Assembly (NCBI GenBank): GCA_002269645.1
Contig: NIVC01004588.1
Location: 39,833-81,086, forward strand
Direction of reading: 5' to 3'
DNA length: 41,254 bases
Source: Macrostomum lignano
Taxonomy: Eukaryota
A program made the position numbers and the translations under genes. The notes under the pieces are model-generated. The model did no database searches, was not told the origin of the DNA, and saw nothing but the letters and a program-made list of their open reading frames with translations. The stretch's first letter is position 1; each line of letters begins with the position of its first letter. Below, in pieces: positions 1 to 13,800 of this stretch.

Positions 1-512
1 AGAAAAGGTGGCGGCCCTGACGGATTTCACGAAGAAGTCGGCACCCGATGACCTGACGGCGGCCTGGGGAGAGCAGCAGACGCGAGCCTTCGAGACTGTG
101 AAATCTCTGCTGGCGAGCGAGCCGGTGCTGCTGCGCCGGACTACAGTCGGCAGTTCACCTTGGAGACTGACAGCTCGGAGACTGGGATCGGCGCGGTGCT
201 AACGCAAGAGTTCGAGGACGGCATCCATCCCGTGCTATTCGTATCTCGGCGGCTGACTTCGGCGGAGCGGAGCTACACGACGATCGAGAAGGAGTCCTCG
301 CCGTGCGCTGGGCGGTCGAGAAGCTGCGGCACTACCTGCTAGGCCGCCGGTTCGTCATCAAGTCCGACCATAAGCCGCTGCAGTACCTGCAGATGGACCA
401 CGCCAACCCACGACTCCAGCGGTGGGCCTTCTATCTGTCCGCTATGACTACGAGATCCAGTACCAGCCAGGCGAAAGCAACACGGTGGCGATGGTCTCAG
501 CAGGATCTGGGC
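1..512 (+). mobile_element. Degenerate Ty3/Gypsy pol fragment (RT connection + RNase H), truncated before the integrase
   Basis: Joining three frames gives FTLETDSSETGIGAVLTQ...PVLFVSRRLTSAERSYTTIEKE-LAVRWAVEKLRHYLLGRRFVIKSDHKPLQYL...NPRLQRWAFYL-YDYEIQYQPG-NTVA-DGLSR, the classic Gypsy RNase H. There are at least 4 small-indel frameshifts. Confidence 0.9.
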
Positions 513-592
513 TAGTGACCGACCAAGTGATTTAGTGACCGACCAAGTGATTTAGTGACTGACCAAGTGATTTAGAGACTGACTGAGCGATT
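513..592. repeat. 20-bp tandem repeat, 4 copies (TAGTGACCGACCAAGTGATT)
   Basis: Units start at 513, 533, 553 and 573 and degenerate rightwards. Confidence 0.9.
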
Positions 593-1869
593 TAACTTTT
601 ATTAAAGTCGTTAGTGGCCAAGTTTGCATTGTTTTTTTGTAAGACATATCCGAACTTTGCGTGACCCTGCGATTGATTTTTGGCTTGCGATTTTTCCGGC
701 TTCGATCTTTTGGTGGAGCGGTGTGACGGTGGACTTTTCTTTGTGCCACCCCATTTTTGATAAGTCTATAAATAGACCTGGTGCACGCCAGAGGGCGATA
801 CTTGTTTTCTTGGTTTTGGCTCAGTTAGGAGCCTTGGACAATCAATATCATTCTTATTTATTTACAAGAATGCAACAGACTTTTCGCGTAGGATTGACAG
901 AAATTAATGAAAAAATATACATTAGAAAGCTCTTATTAAATAGAAAGTGAAGATAATGAAGCGAAATTGCTAATCACTAATCCCAAAGTACTTTTAGGGG
1001 TAAAACGCATAGCTGTCAAAGCTGTCACACTCTTGAGTGAATCCGAACAATAGGCTCTGACCTCATAAATCTTGATGGCCTGTCAAAATGATGAGAAAAA
1101 AGCTACCGCCGCATCCTCTCAGACCATCTGGCGCCCGTCTCAACACTGAGTGAGGCGCAGGTGGCTGTCAGACCAGCTTCGAAAGCGATGATTTATGACC
1201 CAAAAAGCAATGCCTATGTTATTATGACTACTAGTATGGCCAGACATTATATCTAGTATAGATTCTATGACTATTCGCAGAAAAAGGATAAAAATGCCCC
1301 TCGCCACTGTTAGTAGGCTAGTAAGTTTAGAGCCCATGTGCTAGCGCGGGATTTGGAAAAAGTGCGTCCTCATCATTTAACGGTTTTCAAGTATATGCGT
1401 TTAACAAATCTATGCACGTCTACACCCTTTAGAGAATGTAAGTATTCTTTAAAATAAAGTAAATTGGTCATTAGAAATTTACCAATAAAATATTTTGAGA
1501 AATATTTAATTGAGTTTCGGTCATAATGCAAACTCAAATTTAGACTGTTTCAAGGAAAACCGAAAAATTACAAACCAAAGTCATAAGTGGCCAAGGCTTG
1601 GATAACTGACGATTTCACTATCGCTAATCCCAACTCTTTGCATATTCGTACGGAGCACTACTATACACCTTATTTATATGTACATGCTTTGATACTTGTA
1701 GTCTAATATTTAAACTTAGGCTTGCAGTAAAAATCCTACCAATCCAGTCCATTCGCTTCGCAATCTATTTGATAGCCATACATAAGCGACGTATCTAACT
1801 GTGCACTTTGTGCATAGTTTAAAAGTCATCATTAATTGGCGTCAGAAGTGAATTGGTTATTTAAAAGGA

Positions 1870-4800
1870 ATGGCTGACTGTATGAAAATGCAGCAGAGAG
1901 ATTCCTCTAATAGTTCCATGTCTGCATACTTACTAGATCATGATGAGATTAATGGTTCCAATCAACATCAATATTCAACTATTCAAGAAGCTGGAGAAGA
2001 ACGTAAAACGGAGCAAAAATCCTGCTTTGCACGGTAAGTTTTCCAATTATTTTAAGTAAATTAGGATTGCTTATTTAGATACTATCTATTAAATAATTAT
2101 AGGATTTAATGTATTGATATCAACACATTATGCATACAGCTAAATCAAGGATTATGGCATAAATATAAAACTAAGCCACACTAATGATCATGAATGATTA
2201 ATGTAGCCTAGGCCTAGTACCTAGAATATGGATTATATTGGGTTGATTTTTTTAGATTAGGCTAAATTGGGATCTTTTGCATATTTTATAGCAAAATGAA
2301 GATTCTAACTTCTAATTCAGAGCCATAGTCAGGAAGGTGCATAGTGTGCGCTAGAATAATTTTTTGGGACAATTTGTGCGCCATCTATGCACCATTTGTG
2401 CGCTGTCTGTGCGCAGTCTGTGCGCCACTCTTCACAAGTAGAGTTTTCTAAGAAAGGCTTTCGTACGAAAAGTCTTTTTAAAATGTTACGCATATTTGCA
2501 TTTTAAACAAACTTAAATTATACCTACAAATAGAGTAATGCAAAATTAGCATTTTTAGCAATAATTTATACTAATTTTATTTACTGTTGATTTTAAAGAA
2601 GCAACAAGTTTATCACTGACTTTCTAGTCTATACAAATCTCCTTTATTTTATGTAAAATTGTTAATTTGCATTACAATTTTCAGTGCAATGCATGTCAGG
2701 GACCTTATGCGCCACAATTATGCGCCGCATGCGCTAGGGACCTCAGTGTGCACCATGATTGTGTGCCATATGCGCCAGGGACCTCAGTGTGCACCGCGCT
2801 TGTATGCCAATGTGCGCCGAGACCCTTTGTGTGCGCGGGAATTTTCCCCCTCAGAGGCCACCTTCCTGACTATGGATTCAGAGCCTAATAAAATATAAAA
2901 ATAAAATTGAGATCTCAATTCTCTCTTAGTTGCAAGTATATCATATGCCATGCATTCTAAATTTTTGGCCTTACATGCTTTATACTAAACAAAAGTTTAA
3001 AAACTAACTGTAGCAATTATAAAAGACAGACCTACACTTGAAAAAACAGGCTTTTATTTCAACAAAATTAGCATAATTATACCATTTAGCATCAACATAG
3101 TATTAAAGATATTGAAAAGATATAGATATGGCTGGCAATATTGATAACAATGTTTTATTTAGTTATAGTCTAGTTTGTTATAACATTGGATTTGTCCTAG
3201 TTGAGTTGTTATATTTGGACTTCTATTGCTAAGTCTTCTTTGCATATTCTATTGCCAAGCTTAGCTAATGAGCCAGATCCCAAAATATGCTGAAACACTA
3301 GCTATCTATAATCTCTTCCTATTGCTAGCTATGCTATCATCTTGCCAATTGTTTTGCTGTATCATAGACTTAGGCCTCTTGAAATTGAATAATTAGGATA
3401 CATTATTTATCAACATATATCAGAAGCTTGCGCATGATCTAAGATCAATCCCTAATGTTAAAATAGTCCATAAGGCTGACTTGGCTAGCTCAAGTGCCTT
3501 GCCTCCAACTAGCCCTATTGGAATAAGTGTAGAAAACCTGCAAACTTATAGGATCTAAAATTATAGCTCAAATGAGTAAAACTCCTCCTCTAGAGGAGAA
3601 AGGGGAAGAACTCCCATCAGCTGAAATTCCATGACTTAAATCCCATCTTCCAAATCATCTCCAAATCCTCTACAATGCATTTCAAATACCAGATATGTTG
3701 TTTTCCCTGTTTGCAAAAACTCACTGGCATTGTCCAGACTCGACTCTCATGTCTCTGCTCTCATTTCTCATATCTCATATCTCTCATATCACCATCTCCT
3801 TTCTTATCTTCTATCTTTCTGCCCTCCTTTCTACCATCTCCTGTCTCCTCTCTTTTCTCTCCTCTCCATTCTCTTCTCTCCTTTCCTTTCTCCTTTCATC
3901 TTCTCCCCTATCTTCTCAAATCTCTCTCTTATTTTCTTACTCATCTCTTTTCTCATTGCATCTCTTATCTCTCCTCTCTGCACTCTCATCTTTACCCTCT
4001 TCTTTCTCCTCAATAATTTCTCCTTTCTACTCCTTTCTAAATCTTTCAAATTTACTCCCTCCTGTCTCTTCTCTCCCCTCTTCTCTCCTCTCTCATATCT
4101 ATTTTCTCCTCTCTCATATCTCTTCTCTACTTACTTATCTATTGTCTCTCCTCTACCCTCTCTCTTTTCTTTATCCTACTGCTCTTATTTTCATCTTTCT
4201 TATATGCTTTCACCCTCTTCTTATCACCTGTTTTTTACACTCCTTTCTACTACCTCCTGTCTCCTCTCATTTCTCTTCTCTCTGCACTCTCATCTTTACC
4301 CTTTTCTTTCTCCTCACTACTTTCTTCTCTTAAATCTCTGATCTCTGATCTTTCATCTCTCTCCTTTCACCTCTCTCCTCTCTTTCTTCTCTTCTATTGC
4401 CTCTGTATGCTCTTATCCCTCCTTTCTTCTCTCTCCTGTCTCTTCTCTGCTATCTCATATCTCCTCTCTCATATCCTTTCCCCTCTTCTCTCTCCCTCTT
4501 CATTCCCACCTTACTCCCCTCTTCTCTCCCATCTGTCATGTCTAATCTCTCCTCTCTCACTTCTACTCTCTTCTAATCATCTCTTCTCTCTTCTCTGACT
4601 GACTGAAGATGCCAAATCCATCAAAATTCTCTTCACAAAACAGAAATCTCCATGCAACTGGAAACCATCAAAATCCTCTCCGTGAACTGGACTCAATCAA
4701 AACTTTCTCTGCCAAGAGAACTCAAAACTCTCAGGATTCAGTGGTTATGGTTAGGGTTAGAGCTGCACAGAGGTATCTGTTAAAAGGCGGCAATAATAAA

Positions 4801-7800
4801 GAATGAACTAATTGAAGCAATCAATTGCGCAATCGATTTCTCAGTCAGCCAGTATCAGTCTCAGTTAAAGTTAGCAATATGGTTGCACAACCTAAATCAA
4901 CCCTCCAATACATGGTGACCAACCTCTCCAATACACAGTGGCAGGTAGAAATTATACCCCCAGCTTTAATCTCTGCCCTATTGCAAAAATAAGTGCAATC
5001 TTTGCAAAAGTATGGAAATCATTTTTTTAATGCCGTGATTTTAGTTTGCATATTTAAAGCAAACAACTTATATCCCCAAACTCAGCGTTGCAAGATCTTT
5101 CTAGCAATATAAGTCTCTCCTCTCAAAGTTTAAAACTCAAGGAATAGTTAGCGTTTGAAATTTACCGATTTCCCGACTGCTTGCTAGAGAAGCTTGCAAG
5201 TTTATTCACTGAATTTCACTGCCAAACTAATACACAGGGCTTCTTATGGAGAAAAAAATGTGCCAATAATAAAACCAAATGAATGTTGACACAGTTTAAG
5301 TGTGATTTACATTGTACAACTGCTGTGTACACTCAGCCCAAGCCCAACCCCCATTCTGGGGGAAGCATTAAATTTAACTCAACCCCCCCCCAACACGCAG
5401 GGGGTTTTATTTGTATTGAATGCAGGATGCACGCACCTACCACCCCTCAATACACAGTGGCCCACGGGTGTAGGTTGGGGTGGCTATTTTTACAAACTGG
5501 CTGCAGCCCCAGGCAGAGTGGCCAAGGAAGGTTATTAGGGTTAAAAAAGCAGTTTTCTGCTTTTTAGGGCTGTTAAAATATGAAAATTGAAAATTAAAAT
5601 AGCCTAAAGCCTGCTCGGAAAATTTGCAGTTTTCCGGTATAATTTTTGACGCTGACTTGCCAGTATTGTATGAGTTCACTTAAAACATACAGACAAACAA
5701 ACATTGCGTCAGTTTTAGTATTAGTATAATAGAAATGCAACACAACACAGTTCAACATGTTAACTTTTGCACTGAATATAGGTGTAATACTAATTAGATG
5801 ATGATACATTTAGCCTTAATAAGACAATCATAGATACTCTTGCCATTTATCTAGCACCATGTTGCAATACCACCTGTCTTGACTCTAGCCACAATACAAT
5901 ATAACAAAATTCCAAAATGCTGTAAGATGGTTGGATACCTTTTATCCACTTATAGGGCCAGCTAGTTCAAAGTAAAAAAAATCATATACCATTAGGCAAC
6001 CAATTTAATATGTTTTATACATGCTAAATCTATAAAGGTACAAAATTGCATAGCCTTGTTGGTGTTTTAGCTAATATTTCTCTTGTTAATGGTGATACAA
6101 AAAAGGAAGACAGCCAATTAAAAAAGAATGCTATTATACCATGTTGGTAATTTGGTGCATTTTTACTTTGTTAGCCACCTTCCAAAGAGGCAACATAGCT
6201 TTTTAGCAGTGATTACCAATATACAATACACCCCATTAAAATGCAGAGTAGCTGCTTCAGATTTGTATTGTATCATAGAGCTCTTGCCTCAGTGTAGATA
6301 AAATAAGACTAAAAACTAGACTAACTACAAGGTCTAGTCTTGGGCGCCATGTAGAGAAAATAAGACTAAAAACTAGACTAACTACATTTAAATTAAAGGT
6401 TAAATTGAATCTAAGATAAGCCAGTAAGTGGGCGCAGGGCCCAAACAACTATATTTATAGAACATTTAACTTTGGAGAGTTGAGCCCAGAATAATAAAGA
6501 GAGGGGGTGGAGTGCACGACTGAAGAGAGAGGCAAGAATGGAGAGCCAATCAGAAGGCAGCAAGGGAGAGAGAGAGATAAGAATAACAAGATTGAGCTAG
6601 ACAGAGAAGAGAGAAAGCAGAGTAAACAGAGACAAGTGAAGGTGAACTAAAGAAATGACTAGGAAAGTCGCGACACTCAGAGTTAGTTTCCTTGCTTATT
6701 CACTTATTGTTTTTTTCCAATTTTTTGTATCTAACTAAAGTGCATAACTGAAGTTTATTCGGGTCAGGTAAAAGCCAGCCAATAGCAATGATGGCATTAT
6801 CTAGCATTACCAAAGTATTAGTTTTAAAACTTTGAAACTTTTTAAAGCTTTAATAAAATTATAGTTTCAAAATGAAACAATAAAATAGTTTTATCATTTA
6901 AATTCAGTAAAATATGAATATTTATTGAACACACCAAAAGCATGATTTGCTAAGATAATAAATTTAAGCTCCTAAAGACTGACTGGCCATAGTAAAAAAA
7001 GACTAAGGAGCTAATTGAGACTTGCAAGCTCCTCCATTGAATCCACAGTCCCAAAGCAAACTATTGATGCCAATGACATATAGGAGATCTACTTGTACAT
7101 GTATGATGTATTGTCAGGTCGAGTCCAATTCACCTTATTTATCTAGGTGAATATTCAGTGACCACAATAAAGTTCAGGAGGCTGCATTGCAGTGGGCAAT
7201 AATAGGTCCTGATAAAGTTTGCTGGAAAAGATTGATTTGGTGACTCATTGGCCATTGTAATCAATTTAAGGAGAGATTATAATACAAACTAGTAGGCCGT
7301 AAGTAGAAGACAAAAATATTTTACATTCAACTCAACCCTGCCCCTCCTTCACCCCTAACACGGCAGATGTTGGGAACGCTGCTGTGCCTGCTTAAATCCG
7401 CCTAGGCAGTACCTGCCTAGAGTGGTATTTTTGGGCCGTCCCAGCAAAACAGTTCGATATCCTCCGAATCGGATTCGCAATCAAAAGTACTCAGTGTTCA
7501 GCTTTGTATTCCTGGTACTATTCGAACAGTTTAAGCTGTTCTTGAATTTCTGCTTCCTAGTCATGGCCTTGTCGCAGTTCATACCGCCACTGAGGATTGG
7601 CTATCTCTATACCTACTGGGGACCGCTCGGCTTTGTGGTCTTCGTCACCATGGTCAGGGAGGCGGTTGACGATTTCCGGCGATGGAGACGCGATCGAGAA
7701 TTGAATGGCACCGTTTATGAGCGCTTGGCTCGGGGCGGGTCAAAACTCGTACCTAGCAGCGTTTTACAGGTAAATTCAGTTTATTTAATTTTGGCGCCGA

Positions 7801-10800
7801 TTTGTCTTTTAATTTTGGCGCTGATTTTTCATTCATATTTGGCGCCGATGTTTTATTAAACTTTATTAAACTTAGTAAAAAGCCGATTTTTTGTTTAAAC
7901 TGGGCGCCAATTTTTAATTTAAATTTAGCGCCGATTTTTTCATTCAAATTTAGCGCCGATTTTTAATTTAGATTTGGTGCCGATGTTTTAATTCAAATTT
8001 GGCGCTTTTTTAATTTAGATTTGGCGCCAACTATTTTTAATTCAAATTTAGCGCTGTTTTTTATTTAAATTTGGCGCTGATCTTATTTCAATCATGGTAC
8101 AAAATTGTTTTGTCAATCTTGGCCTTGATTTTATTCCCAGGTCGGTGACGTGATCCGAGTCAACAAGAACGAACGCGTGCCGGCAGATCTGGTCCTGTTG
8201 CGCACCTCGGAGAAGCAGGGCACCTGCTATCTGCGCACGGATCAACTGGACGGTGAGACGGACTGGAAACTGCGGGTGGCGCCGCCAACAACTCAACGGT
8301 TGAGTAGCGATGAGGAGCTTCTGAGTGTGGGTGCCAGCGTCTACGCTGAACGGCCGGGTCTGGATATTCACAGCTTCATTGGCACCCTTAGCTTGTCCGG
8401 ACCGGAGACGCCTGACTCTGGTTCTGCCGCTGTGGCTGGCGACCAAGTGAGTTTGTCGTTAATTACGATAATAATTACCCCGCCAATCATAAAAGAATCG
8501 CCCTGTCAACCATTTAAGAATCGCCCTGTCAACCATAAAAGAATCGCCCTGTCAACCATTTAAAAATCGCCCTGTCAACCAGAAAATCGCCCTGTCAACC
8601 ATTTAAGAATCACCCTGTCAACCATAAAAGAATCGCCCTGTCAACCATACGCTCGTAAAAGAGTCGCCCTGTCAACCATAAAAAAATCGCCCTGTCAACC
8701 ATAAAAGAATCGCCCTGTCAACCATAAAAGAATCGCCCTGTCAACCAGAAAATCGCCCTGTCAACCATAAAAGAATCGCCCTGTCAACCATAAAAAATCA
8801 CCCTGTCAACCATAAAAGAATCGCCCTGTCAACCATTTAAGAATCGCCCTGTCAACCATTTAAGAATCGCCCTGTCAACCAAAAAAGAATCGCCCTGTCA
8901 ACCATAAAAGAATCGCCCTGTCAACCATAAAAGAATCGCCCTGACAGACATAAAAAATCGCCCTGTCAACCAGAAAATCGCTCTGTCAACCATAAAATAA
9001 TCGCCCTGTCAACCATTTAAAAATCGCCCTGTCAACCAGAAAATCGCCCTGTCAACCATTTAAGAATCACCCTGTCAACCATAAAAGAATCGCCCTGTCA
9101 ACCATACGCTCGTAAAAGAGTCGCCCTGTCAACCATAAAAGAATCGCCCTGTCAACCATAAAAGAATCGCCCTGTCAACCATAAAAGAATCGCCCTGTCA
9201 ACCATAAAAGAATCGCCCTGTCAACCAGAAAATCGCCCTGTCAACCATAAAAGAATCGCCCTGTCAACCATAAAAAATCACCCTGTCAACCATAAAAGAA
9301 TCGCCCTGTCAACCATAAAAGAATCGCCCTGTCAACCATTTAAGAATCGCCCTGTCAACCAAAAAAGAATCGCCCTGTCAACCATAAAAGAATCGCCCTG
9401 TCAACCATAAAAGAATCGCCCTGACAGACATAAAAAATCGCCCTGTCAACCAGAAAATCGCTCTGTCAACCATAAAATAATCGCCCTGTCAACCATTTAA
9501 AAATCGCCCTGTCAACCAGAAAATCGCCCTGTCAACCATTTAAGAATCACCCTGTCAACCATAAAAGAATCGCCCTGTCAACCATACGCTCGTAAAAGAG
9601 TCGCCCTGTCAACCATAAAAGAATCGCCCTGTCAACCATAAAAGAATCGCCCTGTCAACCCTAAAAGAATCGCCCTGTCAACCATTTAAGAATCGCCCTG
9701 TCAACCATTTAAGAATCGCCCTGTCAACCATTTAAGAATCACCCTGTCAACCATAAAAGAATCGCCCTGACAGACCTAAAAAAATCGCCCTGTCAACCAT
9801 AAAAGAATCGCCCTGTCAACCATAAAAGTATCGCCCTGTCAACCATAAAAGAATCGCCCTGTCAACCATAAAATAATCGCCCTGTCAACCATAAAATAAT
9901 TACCCTATCAACCATAAAAGAATCGCCATTTTTGAAGCCATTAAACATCTTTTTCATCAATGCTTCAAGAACGCCCCCGTCCACTGTTACTATCCAGGCA
10001 TCCCTGTCAGTGGAGAACACCCTGTGGACCAACACAGTGGTGGCCTCCAACTGGGCAGTTGGTGTAGTTGTGTACACCGGCGCGGAGACTAGAGCCGCCA
10101 TGAACAGTACACCACCTAGAAGTAAATTCGGATTAGTGGATCGCGAGATTAACAACGTTACAAAGCTGCTAGTTGCTAGCGTTCTGCTGCTCTCAATGTT
10201 GATGGTTGCCCTGAAAGGTTTCGGCGGTCAATGGTACAAATACTATTGGAGATTTCTACTGCTATTCTCCTATATTATTCCGCTCGCGTAAGTTCTGTTG
10301 TGCGTGTCGTGGGCGTAACTTATTGACACTCCATAAAGCCTAAAGTACTTTATACTTTGTACGCAAGTACAGTGTATAATAATATGTATGGTCAGATATT
10401 CACACTGATTTATTATCGATCAGTTTTATATCGATTGCAAAGCTGTCTCTCACTCCCTCTCTACTCTACCGCTCTTTCCCCTGTCATTCACTCCCTGACC
10501 CTTTACTCTGCCATGTGCTCACTGATTTCTGCTTTTTTAATACCAAAAGCTTCTAACATCTGTTACCCTGAGCATAATGTCCTCTCAATCTACCCTGCTG
10601 GGAACTATATAGTTCACTAAACTACGAGTGTAGCTTGTATATATTAAATAGTAGTATGGCAGTGATTTTTTGTTTTGAACTTTTTTTTGTTGAGTTTTCA
10701 GTTGAAAAAAGTGACACATGCAATTAGCGTCTCCTGACACATGAAATTAGCGTCTCCTGACACATGAAATTAGCGTCTCCTGACGCATGAAATTAGCGTC

Positions 10801-13800
10801 TCCTGACACATGAAATTAGCGTCTCCTGACGCATGCAATTAGCGTCTCCTGACACATGAAATTAGCGTCTCCTGACACATGAAATTAGCGTCTCCTGACG
10901 CATGAAATTAGCGTCTCCTGACACATGCAATTAGCGTCTCCTGACACATGAAATTAGCGTCTCCTGACACATGAAATTAGCGTCTCCTGACGCATGAAAT
11001 TAGCGTCTCCTGACACATGAAATTAGCGTCTCCTGACGCATGAAATTAGCGTCTCCTGACACATGCAATTAGCGTCTCCTGACACATGAAATTAGCGTCT
11101 CCTGACACATGAAATTAGCGTCTCCTGACGCATGAAATTAGCGTCTCCTGACACATGAAATTAGCGTCTCCTGACGCATGAAATTAGCGTCTCCTGACAC
11201 ATGAAATTAGCGTCTCCTGACGCATGAAATTAGCGTCTCCTGACACATAAAATTAGCGTCTCCTGACGCATGAAATTAGCGTCTCCTGACACATGTAATT
11301 AGCGTCTCCTGACACATGAAATTAGCGTCTCCTGACGCATGAAATTAGCGTCTCCTGACACATGAAATTAGCGTCTCCTGACGCATGAAATTAGCGTCTC
11401 CTGACACATGAAATTAGCGTCTCCTGACACATGAAATTAGCGTCTCCTGACACATGAAATTAGCGTCTCCTGACGCATGAAATTAGCGTCTCCTGACACA
11501 TGAAATTAGCGTCTCCTGACACATGAAATTAGCGTCTCCTGACACATGAAATTAGCGTCTCCTGACGCATGAAATTAGCGTCTCCTGACACATGAAATTA
11601 GCGTCTCCTGACGCATGAAATTAGCGTCTCCTGACACATGAAATTAGCGTCTCCTGACGCATGAAATTAGCGTCTCCTGACACATGAAATTAGCGTCTCC
11701 TGACACATGAAATTAGCGTCTCCTGACACATGAAATTAGCGTCTCCTGACGCATGAAATTAGCGTCTCCTGACACATGAAATTAGCGTCTCCTGACACAT
11801 GAAATTAGCGTCTCCTGACACATGAAATTAGCGTCTCCTGACGCATGAAATTAGCGTCTCCTGACATATTAAGTTAGCGTCTTCTGACAATATTGGTGCT
11901 TCCTGACACATCAAATTAGCGTCTAATAAGTCCATCTAAAAAATTCTCATTGCAGTCTTCGCGTCAATCTAGACATGGCTAAGATCACGTATTCGTTTCT
12001 AATAATGCGAGACGAAAAACTCGAAGGTAATATTGTTCGCAACACTACCATACCTGAGGAGTTGGGCCGGATCAGCTATTTATTAAGCGATAAAACTGGC
12101 ACATTAACGGAAAATGAAATGGTGAGTAATCATTTCTTGGAAAGTCTGGGTAATGGGCCGTAGTATAACTATCCCTGTTTGTAATAAGTACAATGCTTCG
12201 TTATATTGTTACGAGGCTCCTGACTCCTGAGCACATACAAGCGCCCCTTGGTGCTGGCGCCCCTTGCTTCTGGCGCCCCTTGCTTCTGGCGCCCCTTGCT
12301 TCTGGCGCCCCTTGCTTCTGGCGCCCCTTGCTTCTGGCGCCCCTTGCTTCTGGCGCCCCTTGCTTCTGGTGCCCCTTGCTTCTGGCGCCCCTTGCTTCTG
12401 GCGCCCCTTGCTTCTGGCGCCCCTTGGTTCTGGCGCCCCTTGGTGCTGGCGCCACTTGGTGCTGGCGCCACTTGGTGCTGGCGCCCCTTGGTGCTGGCGC
12501 CACTTGGTGCTGGCGCCACTTGGTGCTGGCGCCACTTGGTGCTGGCGCCACTTGGTGCTGGCGCCCCTTGGTGCTGGCGCCACTTGGTGCTGGTGCCCCT
12601 TGGTGCTGGCGCCACTTGGTGCTGGTGCCCCTTGGTGCTGGCGCCACTTGGTGCTGGCGCCACTTGGTGCTGGCGCCACTTGGTGCTGGCGCCACTTGGT
12701 GCTGGCCCAGTGAAACATCCTGGTCACGCCACCGCACACTGGTTCCAAATGTACATCGCTACCCTTCAATTATTCAAATTATCAACAGGTATTCAAGAAG
12801 CTTCATCTGGGTACCATTGCGTTCACCGACGAGCCCGACTCGCATGCCGAAGTTCGAGATCACGTTCGAGCCAGCGTAGCTGAGGGCGGCGGTTCTGGCA
12901 AGCAGTCGCAGCAGCAGCAGCAATCAACCGCTGGCTCCTCAATCACTCGCCAGGGCGCCGATCTCGCTGGTCGAACCGCTGAAGCCGTGCGAGCCATCGC
13001 TCTGTGCCACAATGTCACGCCAGTGTACGAGGATGGCGACTGCGAGACGGCCGAATCAGCTGGCGGCAGCAGCGGCGGCGTCAGTAGGGGCGGATACGGG
13101 GAGCCCAGCTATCAGGTGAGCGATTCGGGTGCAGAGCATGCATGCATCACTAATAATCGACAGTAACCCCAATGTACATCGAAACCCCCTGTCTAACCCC
13201 AGTGTACATGTACACCCCAACTCTCAGCCCCAATGTACACCCAAACTCTCGGCCCCAATGTACACCCAAACTCTCGGCCCCAATGTACACCCAAACTCTC
13301 GGCCCCAATGTACACCCAAACTCTCGGCCCCAATGTACACCCAAACTCTCAGCCCCAATGTACACCCAAACTCTCAACCCCAATGTACACCCAAACTCTC
13401 GGCCCCAATGTATACCCAAACTCTCGGCCCCAATGTACACCCAAACTCTCGGCCCCAATGTACACCCAAACTCTCGGCCCCAATGTACACCCAAACTCTC
13501 GGCCCCAATGTACACCCAAACTCTCAGCCCCAATGTACACCCAAACTCTCAGCCCCAATGTACGCCCAAACTCTCAACCCCAATGTACACCCAAACTCCC
13601 GGCCCCAATGTACACCCCAACTCTCAGCCCCAATGTACACTCAAACTCTCAACCCCAATGTACACCCAAACTCTCGGCCCCAATGTACACCCAAACTCTC
13701 AACCCCAATGTACACCCAAACTCTCAGCCCCAATGTACACCCAAACTCTCAGCCCCAATGCACACCCAAACTGTCAGCCCCAATGTACACCCAAACTCTC

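Noticed and set aside
3675-4598. Leu/Ser/Phe-rich 'membrane protein' ORFs (also 17194-17499 and 24454-25138)
   Set aside because: Products of TC/GA low-complexity DNA.
12169-12883. Six long overlapping ORFs on both strands ([20 protein letters not shown] repeats)
   Set aside because: They are stop-free translations of the 16-bp array inside ATP9 intron 5.
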